Below, piece after piece: positions 20,092 to 30,341 of a stretch of DNA of 64,000 nucleotides. Under the pieces are notes generated by a model. The model was not told where the DNA came from and made no database searches. It saw only the letters and a program-made list of their open reading frames with translations. Every line of letters starts with the position of its first letter. Position 1 is the stretch's first letter. The position numbers and the translations under genes are program-made. Origin of the DNA: an uncultured Pseudomonadota bacterium (lineage in GTDB: Bacteria; Oederibacteriota; Muellerivitia; Muellerivitales; Muellerivitaceae). The DNA lies in the NCBI GenBank assembly GCA_963843375.1, contig CAWJKT010000004.1:128001-192000 (forward strand). The letters are read 5' to 3'.

Positions 20092-21354
20092 ATGGAAGAT
20101 TTTTATGATTACAAAAAATTTTATGTCCTCTATGTGGATGATGAGGAAAAATCCCTTAAGTATTTCCGGGAAACCTTTGGGGATAAATTTGCCGTTTTGA
20201 CGGCTTCTAACGCCGAGGAAGGTTTCCGCATATTAAAAGAAAATCAGGACCGGATAGCGGTTCTTATGACGGACCAGCGTATGCCCGGGGAAAAGGGTAT
20301 CCAGCTTTTGGAGAAAACCAGGCTAATGAAGCCACGTATCATCCGCATCCTGGTTACCGCTTATTCCGATCTGGAAACGGCCATTGAGTCAGTCAATACA
20401 GGCGCCATTTATAAGTATGTCACGAAACCTTGGGATATACCCCAATTGGAAGTCACTTTAAAACGAGGAATCGAGTTTTTCATCGTACAAAACGAACGGG
20501 ACCAGCTCCTGCGAGAAAAAATATCCACTCTTTACAACGTAATGTTGACGGACCGGATTTTAAGCTTGGGAATTCTGGCAACAGGCTTAAGCCACCATAT
20601 CCGTAATTCTATGGTTGCTGTCAAAACTTTCCTCGACCTCACTCCCAAGAAACTGGAGGAAGAAAACCTCAATTTGGAACAATTGCGGAATCCTGATTTT
20701 TGGAGTGAATATTATAAAAAAGTTCAGAACCAAATGGATAAAGTCGCTCATCTCTTAAGCGATCTTTGGGAGTCATCCGAACTTCCCGTCAACGAGTTCC
20801 CCGATAGGATTAAGTTGAATCAATTATTACCCGAGATCTTTGCCCAGATGAAAAACGAATTGGATCAAAAAGGACTGACCGTGGAAAGCAAACTTTCCAA
20901 CGATCTACCCGAACTGAAAGTGGACGGTAAAAAATTCAAGCGCCTTTTTGAGATGCTGCTCAAGGAAGAAATCTCATCTTTAGTTCCGGGCGGGCGGATA
21001 AAATTTACGGCGCAAGTGACCGGCTCCAAAGAAGGTCCCTCCGAAATTCAATTGGAGATGGAGGACAATGGTCCTGAGTTGGCTTCAGACGCTCTACGAT
21101 CTATCTTTGACCCATTTTTTGTTCGATCCGGTAATCCACAAGAATATGGCATTTATCTTATGTCTTGTTTTTTTATTGTTTATCATCACGGAGGTAGGAT
21201 TTCATCCCGTCATGAAGCCCACAGGGGGAATATTTTTAATTTAACCTTTCCGATCAATCCAACCGTTAGGCGATCTTCCGTTGAGGAAAGGGACTTTGTC
21301 AGCAAGATATTAGTTAATGAAACCATGTGGGAAAAATTAATTTCCGGAAATTAA
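20092..21354 (+). CDS. Response regulator with REC plus degenerate kinase-like output (PhcR/PhcQ-like)
   Basis: LYVDDE, MTDQRMPG, KPW; then LSHHIRNS, EDNGP, FDPFF with non-canonical N and G boxes. Confidence 0.82.
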   Translation: MEDFYDYKKFYVLYVDDEEKSLKYFRETFGDKFAVLTASNAEEGFRILKENQDRIAVLMTDQRMPGEKGIQLLEKTRLMKPRIIRILVTAYSDLETAIESVNTGAIYKYVTKPWDIPQLEVTLKRGIEFFIVQNERDQLLREKISTLYNVMLTDRILSLGILATGLSHHIRNSMVAVKTFLDLTPKKLEEENLNLEQLRNPDFWSEYYKKVQNQMDKVAHLLSDLWESSELPVNEFPDRIKLNQLLPEIFAQMKNELDQKGLTVESKLSNDLPELKVDGKKFKRLFEMLLKEEISSLVPGGRIKFTAQVTGSKEGPSEIQLEMEDNGPELASDALRSIFDPFFVRSGNPQEYGIYLMSCFFIVYHHGGRISSRHEAHRGNIFNLTFPINPTVRRSSVEERDFVSKILVNETMWEKLISGN

Positions 21355-21486
21355 TTAAGGCTTTTGCCCGGGCATAAAACTAAAAATGTTCTCCCCCTTC
21401 ATCGGGAGAAAAAGAGGGATAACCTGCCGTTAAAAGCACCGACAACATTTTTAATGATGAATCCTCTTCTTAATGGTTGCAAAGGC

Positions 21487-23649
21487 TTAAAGAGTTTGAA
21501 TTTTTTCGTGAATGATCTTGTCCAGCGTTTCCTGCAAAGTCGGATTCTTTTCTCCCATCAAGGATTCCAGAAAGCTCCAAACTTGCGGTTGGTTAATCTT
21601 GGTCAAGGCCCGGATAGCCTCCAACCTCACGGGAAGCGAAAAGTTTTTTCCCCGCAATAAGGGCTTTTTTCGCGCGATGTCCTGGAGGAAAGCTATTCCT
21701 TCCGGCATGGCCAAGTCTCCCAAAGATTGGCATACCGAGGTGAGGAAAATATCATTGTTTGAAAAACGCCCCTCGCGGATTTTGGATGCTTTTAAAAGCA
21801 CGGGAAGCCCTGCCGTAAAATGAATCTTGCCGATCACCCTTGCGGCCATGGCTGCAATTTCTTCCGAGTCGTCCAAAACCGCCAGCCTCAGGGCGGGACC
21901 ACCCGCCGGGTCGCCCACTTCCTCAATCAAACCTAGCAGATCCAATTTCAACTCTCGGCTTCCCCTGGAAAGCCAGGCGGAAAGCAGGAGCGAAAGCCCC
22001 GGATCCATGCCGCACACCCTAAGGATCGGCATCAATGGAAGAATATCTTTCTCGTTCTGGACATAGGCCAGCCATTCGGTTAAAGCGGAGCGGACCGACT
22101 CTTTCATCGCGGCGAAAAGTTTTAAATATCCGCTTTTATCGGAAGCGGATGAAACCAAGAAATCATCCAAAAGAAGCGGCGCTGCCATTTCTCCCAGAAG
22201 CGGGAAATGGTCCAGTTGCTCCGCCTTGCAGGCGCTAAGTACAAATCGGCGGATGAGGTCGGGAGTAGAGCGCTCAAAAAGCCAATGCCGGGCGATGTAA
22301 GCCCTCTCCGGGAAGGACGCCACATCCTCATCGGCGTGAAAGTGAAGGGTGGACAAGAGGGTCAGGGCGGATTGTTCATTACCGCCGACCAGCGCAGGCT
22401 CCATCAGGTCCCAAGCCAGCAGAAGGGCGGTTTGGTAAAGCCCGGGAGTCTTTTCCGTGGCTAATAACGCGTTCAAATGATTTAGTACTTCCCGCAGCAA
22501 TTCGGATTGTCGAACCCAGGGGCGGGCATCCATGAGATGGGTCAAAGCCAGTTGTCTTTCAAAAGAATCGCCACTCAAGTTTTGGGCCAAACAATGCACC
22601 GTTTTCTCCACCAACTCCTGTTTTCCGTTAGCTCCCCAATAAGCCAGGCACTCATTCACCAAGCCTTCCGTAGCGGGATCAAAAAGGACAGCCATCCAAT
22701 TGTTCCGAACGGCGACTTCCAACAGTGGATACATAGAGGAAGCTACATGGCCTTGCATCAATTCGCCATGGGGGGTCCGGAACCATTGGTAAATATTTGC
22801 GAATTCAGGAGAGGATTTTTCCATGCGGTCCAAAAGTCGGTCAAATAGTTTTTCAAAAGAAAGGGTCAAATCGGCCATTTCAGGCGAGACGTTCAAGTTT
22901 TTCTTTTGTAATTGAGAATGTTGCCATGCCTCCGCGACAAAGCTTAAAAGCGCCTCACTAGCGCGTGTCTCGGTCTCGGCGGAGGTGGGGACGAAAGCCA
23001 ATGAAATTTTTTCATCCTTCAGAATTTCCTTCAAGGTGAAAGAGGGAACATCCTTGGGTTCGCTAACTGTAGGTTTTGAAGGGGCCGAAAGATCCACGTG
23101 CGGTATAGGAAAAGGTTTTAAGAAGATATCGTTGTTAACCGATTTGTTTTGAGGAGATGAAAAGGTCAAAGGAAGGCCGGTTTTATTTTCCGAAGTTTCC
23201 GGTTCACTCACGACTTTAACCACGTCTTCCTGAGAAAGCATATGGATATGAGGCAGGGTATCTTTATTTTCCTTTTGATCGGAGATCGGTTGTGAAATTT
23301 GCTTCAACCAGATCGTCAGTTCTTCCACCGTCAATCCCTTTTCGATTTGAACTCCTCGGACATTCTTTTCCTGGAAAATTTTCAAGAGATCGTCCCAATC
23401 GGATAAATCGGAGCCGTTAAGGAGAAGCCCATCTGCTTCCCGGTAAAGAGCCAGGGAATCAAAAGCTTGGAGTAGTTTATGGATGTCTTTGTGGCATTTT
23501 TGGACAGCTTGAACTACGAAGGGACTGTCGGTTGAATAAAATGAAACGTAACTGAGGGCTGCCTTGAAATTCCTAGTTAGTTGGGGGAAAGATATTTGAT
23601 GGGCTTGGGACACAGGCTTCACTTGAAACAGGTTCATGTTCTCCTCCAT
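21487..23649 (-). CDS. HEAT-repeat protein
   Basis: Leu-rich helical protein; C-terminal repeats AARVIGKI, VCQSLGDL, VRLEAIRAL. Confidence 0.65.
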   Translation of the reverse strand: MEENMNLFQVKPVSQAHQISFPQLTRNFKAALSYVSFYSTDSPFVVQAVQKCHKDIHKLLQAFDSLALYREADGLLLNGSDLSDWDDLLKIFQEKNVRGVQIEKGLTVEELTIWLKQISQPISDQKENKDTLPHIHMLSQEDVVKVVSEPETSENKTGLPLTFSSPQNKSVNNDIFLKPFPIPHVDLSAPSKPTVSEPKDVPSFTLKEILKDEKISLAFVPTSAETETRASEALLSFVAEAWQHSQLQKKNLNVSPEMADLTLSFEKLFDRLLDRMEKSSPEFANIYQWFRTPHGELMQGHVASSMYPLLEVAVRNNWMAVLFDPATEGLVNECLAYWGANGKQELVEKTVHCLAQNLSGDSFERQLALTHLMDARPWVRQSELLREVLNHLNALLATEKTPGLYQTALLLAWDLMEPALVGGNEQSALTLLSTLHFHADEDVASFPERAYIARHWLFERSTPDLIRRFVLSACKAEQLDHFPLLGEMAAPLLLDDFLVSSASDKSGYLKLFAAMKESVRSALTEWLAYVQNEKDILPLMPILRVCGMDPGLSLLLSAWLSRGSRELKLDLLGLIEEVGDPAGGPALRLAVLDDSEEIAAMAARVIGKIHFTAGLPVLLKASKIREGRFSNNDIFLTSVCQSLGDLAMPEGIAFLQDIARKKPLLRGKNFSLPVRLEAIRALTKINQPQVWSFLESLMGEKNPTLQETLDKIIHEKIQTL

Positions 23650-24047
23650 GGAGAGATAAAATCAGAACCGTATTTCAAGCGGCAAATCTATAGCATCGTT
23701 GTTCAATCTTCAACACGAAGCTATCACCAATGGAAGAGCTAAAAATAGTGAAAAAGCATTGAAAAAGGGAAGTTCGTTTTCCCGGGTTTTGCAGTTTTAG
23801 GTTTTTTAAAGAGCTTCCTGGAATAAGGTTAATCCTATGGGGCCGCAAGGATTGGTATCCCGATTTCGCTTTTTCCACCAGGAAAGGGGCCTTTTTCAAC
23901 AATTTAATGTAAATTTCCCAAATTATTTTTATCGCCATAGGTTTTTCATTGGTAAAATAAAAGGGCTCAAAAGGGTCTGACCTCTTGATTCATCCCGAAG
24001 CCCAAGGGCAAAATAGAAATAGGTCAGGCTTAACTTGAAGGAGAAAC

Positions 24048-24464
24048 ATGATGGAACGACACAAATTAGTTCTGGCTTTATCCCTTCTAGCTGCTACGAC
24101 ACTTGCAGTTGGTTGCGGAAATACCAAAAGGGTTGAAAGTACGGAAGTTCCCAAAGCGGCTCCTGCCGCTGAGCCGGTTAAAGCCGTAACTTCCGACCAC
24201 TATTTAGTTGCCGATCATGACACGCTTTGGGGCATTGCCGGCAAATCGGACATCTATAGCGATAATTTCCAGTGGCCTTTGATCTTCAAGGCCAACCGGG
24301 ACACCATCAAGGACCCTGATTTGATCTACCCCAAACAAGATTTCATGATTCAAAAGGGCCTAACCGATGAGGAGATCTCCCAGGCCAAGAGTTTGGCCAT
24401 GAAGACCCCTAAGTATGTTCCCCATAGCAAACCAAGGGAAACCTTACCGTTGAATTATTTTTGA
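24048..24464 (+). CDS. LysM peptidoglycan-binding lipoprotein
   Basis: Lipobox LAVGC; DTLWGIAG...WPLIFKANRDTIKDPDLIYP. Confidence 0.9.
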   Translation: MMERHKLVLALSLLAATTLAVGCGNTKRVESTEVPKAAPAAEPVKAVTSDHYLVADHDTLWGIAGKSDIYSDNFQWPLIFKANRDTIKDPDLIYPKQDFMIQKGLTDEEISQAKSLAMKTPKYVPHSKPRETLPLNYF

Positions 24465-24478
24465 ACTTGGTTTTTAAC

Positions 24479-24512
24479 AGCCCGTTCCCGGAAGGGGACG
24501 GGCTTTTTTTTT
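24479..24512 (+). terminator. Rho-independent terminator
   Basis: AGCCCGTTCCC-GGAA-GGGGACGGGCT followed by a T run. Confidence 0.85.
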
Positions 24513-24587
24513 ATGGGGGATTGTAAAAGAGTTTTGAGTAACAGGAAGATAGCTTGGTCCTAATCGTAATCGTTGGGGGAGAACATC

Positions 24588-25550
24588 ATGAAAGCCATTC
24601 TGGTTAAGGAATTCGGCGGACCAGAAGTCTTGAAATTGGAAGAAGTTCCCGATTTGAAACCCGGGAAAGGGCAAGTGCTGGTCCGATTAGAAGCCGCAGG
24701 CGTGAATCCCCTGGAAAATTATATTCGCTCGGGAACTTACGCCTTCAAACCGCCGTTGCCCTACATACCGGGGGCAGATGGAGCGGGTATTGTCACAGCG
24801 GTCGGACCGGGCGTGAGAAATATTAAAGTCAATGCCCGCGTTTATTTGGAGGAGGCTCTCACTGGGACTTACGCACAAGCCTGCCTGGCGAATTCCCGCA
24901 ACGTCCACCTTTTACCGTCATTCATCACTTTCCCCCAAGGGGCGGCTTTGGGCGTTCCTTACGTCACCGCCCATCAAGCCCTTTTTGAAAAGGCGAAAGC
25001 CAAAAAAGGCGAGGCTCTTTTGGTGCATGGCGCCTCCGGCGGCGTGGGGGTGGCTTGCATTCAATTGGCGAGAGCCGCGGGCCTCAAGATCATAGGGACG
25101 GCTGGAACCGAAGAAGGTTTGGCCTTAGTCAAGGAACAAGGAGCCAATCTCGTTTTAAACCACAGGTCGCCTGGTTACTTGGAAGAACTAAAATCTTTTA
25201 CTGATGGAAAAGGGGTGGATATTGTCCTGGAAATGGCGGCCCATGCCAATTTGGGCAAGGATCTTCCGCTCCTTGCCAAGTTTGGCCGGGTGGTGGTCAT
25301 TGGTGCCCGGGGGCCGGTGGAAATCAATCCCCGTGACCTGATGGGCCGGGACGCGGTTATCCTGGGCATGATCATTTTCAACGCGACCCCGGAGGATAAA
25401 ATTAAAATCCACGAAGACCTGGTAAAGGGATTGAAAGCTAAAAAGTTAAAACCAGTCATTGGAAAGGAAATTCCCCTTGCCGAAGCCGCCAAAGCTCACG
25501 AGTTGGTGATGCAACCCGGCGCCTTCGGAAAAATTGTCCTTATTCCTTGA
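24588..25550 (+). CDS. qor: NADPH:quinone reductase (zeta-crystallin/Qor family)
   Basis: FGGPEVL, GVNP, PGADGAG, HGASGGVG, GKIVL. Confidence 0.9.
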   Translation: MKAILVKEFGGPEVLKLEEVPDLKPGKGQVLVRLEAAGVNPLENYIRSGTYAFKPPLPYIPGADGAGIVTAVGPGVRNIKVNARVYLEEALTGTYAQACLANSRNVHLLPSFITFPQGAALGVPYVTAHQALFEKAKAKKGEALLVHGASGGVGVACIQLARAAGLKIIGTAGTEEGLALVKEQGANLVLNHRSPGYLEELKSFTDGKGVDIVLEMAAHANLGKDLPLLAKFGRVVVIGARGPVEINPRDLMGRDAVILGMIIFNATPEDKIKIHEDLVKGLKAKKLKPVIGKEIPLAEAAKAHELVMQPGAFGKIVLIP

Positions 25551-25561
25551 GAGAGAACCCC

Positions 25562-25777
25562 ATGGACGAAAATTTTAAGGAACAGCTTCAAAAACAGGCC
25601 CTGGAGGCGACCGTCAAGACGGTTCAACAAAAGATTGTCTCTTTAGTTTGCCCGGTCCACGAGCAAAGCCCCAAGCTTAAATTCTCCGAGGATTCGGGTC
25701 CTGGAGAACAAAAGATGTCCTTTGACTGCTGTTGCGATACTCTGGCCGGGATGCTTCAAGAAGTCTTGAAGACTTGA
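25562..25777 (+). CDS. Small hypothetical protein with CPVH and CCC motifs
   Basis: Follows qor directly; Cys/His cluster. Confidence 0.55.
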   Translation: MDENFKEQLQKQALEATVKTVQQKIVSLVCPVHEQSPKLKFSEDSGPGEQKMSFDCCCDTLAGMLQEVLKT

Positions 25778-25812
25778 ACGAAACTTTTCTTCTTTTAGCT
25801 AAAGGTACTCAC

Positions 25813-27936
25813 TTATTTTCCAGGTAAGGCTTGTAGGCTGAAGGTTTGAAAATAGCGCAGACACTTGTTACTCCACTCCTCCGCGTCTTTTGCCTGTATA
25901 CGCAACTTATTCTCCACGGCTTCCCAACGTTCACTATCCACGCCGGCTTTAATGCTTTCCCATTGTTTTTCCATGGCCCCCGCTTTCTCAACTCCCCGAA
26001 AGTAACGGTCCGAAAGTTCCTCCCAAAATTTTTTTCCAGATTTCATGGGATGGTCCCAAGGCACATGATGGAACCAAAGCAGGTATTCCTCGGGACAGAG
26101 GTCAAGACTGTTCCACCGGTCGGGAAGGGGAGAATGATATTGATCCACGGCATCACTGCCCAAACGGGTGCGGTCGAATCCCAAGCCCTTTTTATCCGCC
26201 CGAACATAGTAGGCCGCCGACCAGTCCACCCGGCGTGGGTCCACCATTCCCGGGTCAGGGGCGTAATGAATATCCTTTTCGAAAACGCCGTTGAGGCCCA
26301 GAGGAGTAGCGTAATCCACGAAGGTTTGGCGGGAGCCCATCATGAGGTTGACTATGATGGAAGCCACTCGCGGGTCGTTGCTCCAGGTGAGACGGGTCCA
26401 TTCCTCTGCGATGGAATCGGCGCTCAAGGATGGGTTCCAAGCCAGGCGGCCGAAGGCGTACCAATTGGCAGCCGCAAAGGGATGGCCGCACCAGTCGCGG
26501 TCGTCGCCGGTGTTGGCCACGCCCGCGATGGCGCTGTCCGAGTGGTTTTCCAACGTACCATCTACGATTTTCTCCACTGTCGATCCCGGCCCCCGCTCGT
26601 AAGTGTCGGATTCCAAGAATTCCTTCCACATCGGCGCCAGATAGACCAGGTGGGTGGACTGGCCCAGATATTCCTGGGTCACTTCCAGTTCGGCCGTAAG
26701 GGAGGTCTTGGGGACGGCGCCGAAAAGCGGGTGGAAGGGTTCCCGCGGCTGAAAGTCCAGTGGGCCGTTTTTCACCTGCACGAAAACGTTCTGGGCGAAT
26801 TCGCCGTCTAGGGGTTTGAATTCCTTGTAGGCCCGCTTAATCCGGTCGGCATCCACTGTATCGTCATAAACGAAGGCCCGCCACATCACCACGCCCCCAT
26901 GGGGAGCGAGAATCTGGGCCAAGAGATTGGCGCCTTGGGCATGGGTACGGTGGTAATCCTTGGGCCCCGGTTGGCCCTCGCTGTTGGCTTTCACCAGGAA
27001 ACCGCCGAAGTCCGGAATTTTACCGTAGATTTCATTCACCTTGGCATTCCACCATTTTTTTACTTCGGGATCTAAGGGGTCGGCCGTGGAAAGACCACCG
27101 ATAGCCTTAGGCGAGCCGAAGTTGGCGGATAGATAAACCCGGATTCCATAAGGTCGGAAGGCTTTGGCCAGGGCGGCGGCCTTCTCCAAATAAGGGACCG
27201 TCAGCATACGGGGGTCGGCGTTCACGTTGTTAAGCACGGCTCCGTTCAGGCCGATAGAAGCGCAAGCCCTGGCGTAATCGATGACACGAGAATTTACCAG
27301 GCCCGGAAGTTCCTCCCACTTCCATAAGGATTTGCCCGCATAGCCCCGTTCGATAGTCTCGTCTAGGTTGTCCCAATGGTCCAGAATTCGTCGATGGATA
27401 TGGGGCTTCTCAGCGACGTCCAGATGATCGAGGGATTGATGGGTTCCAACGAGCCTCAACAAGTGAAAGGTTCCATAGAGACAACCGATAGAGGTTTGAG
27501 AAGCAATGACGGTAACTCGATGGCCTTGAAGGTTTATTGAGCGGATAAGATAGCCTTCCGTACCCAACCGGGATAGATCCTGGTTCCATTTCAACCCCCC
27601 CACCCAGGATGAGGTTTCGGGAGTGCCAACGACAAGTGAGCCGTCTTTTACAGTGTCCATTTCCGGGATTGAAGTATCCAACATCCTTTGGAAGCCCCGT
27701 TGCAATTCTTTTATCAGAATAGCCTTCGTTTCCATTCCCACTTGCACCACGATGGAAGAAACATCAGAACGGTAACTGTCGCGCAAAGGCTCCTCTAGCA
27801 CCTTTTCATATCTCAGCCAAAGGCGATAGCCATCATCAGCTCGAAGGGGGGGCACAATTGCAAGGGCTGAAAGAAGCAGAAATGACATGAATAAAACGGT
27901 TCGGGGTTTAAACGCATTAAGAAAAAGGTAATTCAT
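25813..27936 (-). CDS. aguA: Alpha-glucuronidase, GH67
   Basis: DDGYRLWLRY, DHWDNL..IERGYAG, NNVNA, GGFLVKANSEGQPGP, KNGPLDFQPREP, LWFHHVPW. Confidence 0.95.
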   Translation of the reverse strand: MNYLFLNAFKPRTVLFMSFLLLSALAIVPPLRADDGYRLWLRYEKVLEEPLRDSYRSDVSSIVVQVGMETKAILIKELQRGFQRMLDTSIPEMDTVKDGSLVVGTPETSSWVGGLKWNQDLSRLGTEGYLIRSINLQGHRVTVIASQTSIGCLYGTFHLLRLVGTHQSLDHLDVAEKPHIHRRILDHWDNLDETIERGYAGKSLWKWEELPGLVNSRVIDYARACASIGLNGAVLNNVNADPRMLTVPYLEKAAALAKAFRPYGIRVYLSANFGSPKAIGGLSTADPLDPEVKKWWNAKVNEIYGKIPDFGGFLVKANSEGQPGPKDYHRTHAQGANLLAQILAPHGGVVMWRAFVYDDTVDADRIKRAYKEFKPLDGEFAQNVFVQVKNGPLDFQPREPFHPLFGAVPKTSLTAELEVTQEYLGQSTHLVYLAPMWKEFLESDTYERGPGSTVEKIVDGTLENHSDSAIAGVANTGDDRDWCGHPFAAANWYAFGRLAWNPSLSADSIAEEWTRLTWSNDPRVASIIVNLMMGSRQTFVDYATPLGLNGVFEKDIHYAPDPGMVDPRRVDWSAAYYVRADKKGLGFDRTRLGSDAVDQYHSPLPDRWNSLDLCPEEYLLWFHHVPWDHPMKSGKKFWEELSDRYFRGVEKAGAMEKQWESIKAGVDSERWEAVENKLRIQAKDAEEWSNKCLRYFQTFSLQALPGK

Positions 27937-27944
27937 AGAGCCTT

Positions 27945-28454
27945 TTATTTTAAGCTTTTTTGGGTGAACCGGCCCAAAAGTTCCGCCAACGAACCGACTA
28001 AAATGGCAAAACCAAGACCAATGGAAGTTTCCAAAAAGCGGGCCCAGGCGTAAGCCCAGGGCTTATCCCCATGAAAAAGAATGACGATGCCTGTGATATA
28101 GCCTGTGATCTTGGCCGCATCTTTCAATCCAATAAGCTCACACAGGAGGATCGAAAAAAGGACTCCCCCCGCCATGACCAGGGGGGTATGGCCTAAAAGA
28201 GACCCCAATCCGCCGCCCAGACCGGCCCCGATCACGTTACCGATCAGCCTGAGCAGGCCCGTACGCCGAGTTACTTCCGGGGAAGGGTCTGTGACAACGA
28301 TGGCGGCGATGACAGCGTAAATAGGGTAATCCATCCCCAGCCGCAGAGCCATCCAGGCCGAGAGCAGGCTGGCCAGCGCGGCCCGCAAGCCGATCTGGAG
28401 GCCTTGTTCCAGGTTTTGGCTAATGTGGGAGGGTGGTTTTTTCTTTTTAACCAA
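27945..28454 (-). CDS. FUSC / aromatic acid exporter family membrane protein
   Basis: YAVIAAIVV, RLIGNVIGA, RFLETSIG. Confidence 0.8.
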   Translation of the reverse strand: MVKKKKPPSHISQNLEQGLQIGLRAALASLLSAWMALRLGMDYPIYAVIAAIVVTDPSPEVTRRTGLLRLIGNVIGAGLGGGLGSLLGHTPLVMAGGVLFSILLCELIGLKDAAKITGYITGIVILFHGDKPWAYAWARFLETSIGLGFAILVGSLAELLGRFTQKSLK

Positions 28455-28460
28455 AGGAAT

Positions 28461-29906
28461 TCACTCCGATAAATTTTCCGGATAGATTGGGTTACGCGCG
28501 CACCACATCATCACCAGCGAGAAAACGGTCAAAGTAACCGTTGGGTAAAGAAGTCGAAAATCAAAAGCCGGTGCGTAAAAAAAATAACCGGCCGCGTATA
28601 AAAAAGCCGATAAAGCCGAAAAAAAGGAAGCCTCTTTACCGAGATTCCAGCGGACGGGTCCGAAAAGGTGAAAACCTATAATCGCCAAAAGAAGGAGCAA
28701 ATAAGGCCAACCCTTGAAAAAGACCGAATTCCCGAATTTCCAAAAATAATATTTTAAAACGACCCGCAGGCTGGGATTACCCGATTCCACCAGATTAAAA
28801 CGGCTTGGGGCCATGTTCAGCTGGAATGGAAAGTAAGAATCCTTTTCCCCGATTCTTAAAAGTTCACAAAAAACCTTCCAACGGTGTTGAAGATAGATCC
28901 AAGGATAAAGACGGATGGATTCCAACCATTTACCGTTCAGTTCGCTTAATTGAGGTAGGTCATGTGTGACCTCCACCGGTAATTTTCCCGTGGAAGAATA
29001 AAGGTCCTCGTTTTGATTATCTTTTCGCAGGGTTTCAGGGTCGATCTTGGGGTTGAGTATTTTCCAATAAGACGGGAGCAATTCCTCCCGGTCCGTTTGG
29101 ATAAAAACGGAAACAATATCCTGTATTTTGAGCGCTTGGGAAACATAGTATTTGTGGGCTTTTAAAACATCATAATTGAAGAAGTGAACAGCCCCAAAAT
29201 TAACAGCTAAAAACAATGGGACGCCAAAGAAAATCCTGATGGAACAGAACTTCCCATCCCCAATTTTAAACAGATACCAAGCCAACGGAACCAAAGCCGG
29301 AAGGGAATTGAGGCGAACGGCGCAGGAATAAAAAAAAAGAGCGACAGACGGGGCCAGGCAAAGATAAAAGAGAAATGATTTCCACTGCCAATTTGTTTTA
29401 TGAACCCATTTTGCCAGAATTAGGAATAAGTAGGCTCCCAAAAGACAGATCGAAAGCTCGGTATCCTTCCAAACCACGATCACCTGGCACCAAAGGGGCG
29501 GCAAGGCGCCGAGGCCCAGTACAAAAAGTTTGAGTTTCCAGTTTTTAAAGGAAATCATGGAAAGGAGGCACCAAAAAAACCAATAACAAATATTATGTAA
29601 GACGAAAAGAATTCCTGGATTTTTCGAGAACCAAAATAGAAAACGCCAAAAAGCCGCCATTATCGGAGGGTGCCCGTCCAGAAAGACCCCCACATTGGCC
29701 TGGATCAATTGGTCATAGGTATCGGCGGTCATTTCCCCCGGAAAAAAAGCGACGACGGTCAGGAGAAAGAAAAGGAAAGAGCCTAGCAAGACGAACCAGT
29801 TATCCCGTAAAACTCTTCCCGGCCAGGAATCATTTCCGGCCCGGATCAGTTGAAGGTTATTGATCAAAAGGGATCGAATTTTTTTTCCGAATCGAGATTG
29901 GCTCAA
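28461..29906 (-). CDS. Polytopic membrane protein, GT-C-like
   Basis: FPGEMTAD...QA...DGHPP, VWKD, C-terminal DFRLLYP; many TM segments. Confidence 0.65.
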   Translation of the reverse strand: MSQSRFGKKIRSLLINNLQLIRAGNDSWPGRVLRDNWFVLLGSFLFFLLTVVAFFPGEMTADTYDQLIQANVGVFLDGHPPIMAAFWRFLFWFSKNPGILFVLHNICYWFFWCLLSMISFKNWKLKLFVLGLGALPPLWCQVIVVWKDTELSICLLGAYLFLILAKWVHKTNWQWKSFLFYLCLAPSVALFFYSCAVRLNSLPALVPLAWYLFKIGDGKFCSIRIFFGVPLFLAVNFGAVHFFNYDVLKAHKYYVSQALKIQDIVSVFIQTDREELLPSYWKILNPKIDPETLRKDNQNEDLYSSTGKLPVEVTHDLPQLSELNGKWLESIRLYPWIYLQHRWKVFCELLRIGEKDSYFPFQLNMAPSRFNLVESGNPSLRVVLKYYFWKFGNSVFFKGWPYLLLLLAIIGFHLFGPVRWNLGKEASFFSALSAFLYAAGYFFYAPAFDFRLLYPTVTLTVFSLVMMWCARNPIYPENLSE

Positions 29907-30092
29907 CGTTTAAACGCTGACAGGAATGAAGTGATCAAAAAACGGGATCTTGACGGTAATTTTTTGGATCCAGTTATCCGGTTTTGGGGCAGGTTTATAC
30001 TACGGGTGTTGCTGGAATTGCCCGTTCCCGTGGAAATCGATAGAATCCGATTTTCTAATTTATTTATCAGAAGATATATGCTCAAGCCTTTA

Positions 30093-30320
30093 TCAAACTT
30101 GGGAAATCTCTCCATAGAAATCATATCCGCCTTCTTTGAATGAAGCCATAACATTATAATTGAAAAAAAACGACAAAGTGATCGGGGGGTATAGATATCT
30201 AAATTCATAAACGAGAGCGTAAAAAAAGTAACTCGTGGCGTTAAATAATGTGGACCAGGCGAAAAAAACCGAGACCGAAGAAAAGAATCCTCGGCCGCTT
30301 TTTAATATAAAATTTATCAT
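30093..30320 (-). pseudogene. Remnant C-terminal fragment of a paralog of the 28461-29906 gene
   Basis: ATSYFFYALVYEFRYLYPPITL aligns with AAGYFFYAPAFDFRLLYPTVTL; DNA similarity also visible (about 30170-30240 vs 28530-28600). Confidence 0.6.
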
Positions 30321-30341
30321 TCTTCTGGGAAAGGTGATTTT

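Noticed and set aside
25846..26811. 321-aa plus-strand ORF
   Set aside because: Antisense shadow of the GH67 gene with no recognisable motifs; the same applies to other long antisense ORFs such as 34358-35050 and 61168-61869
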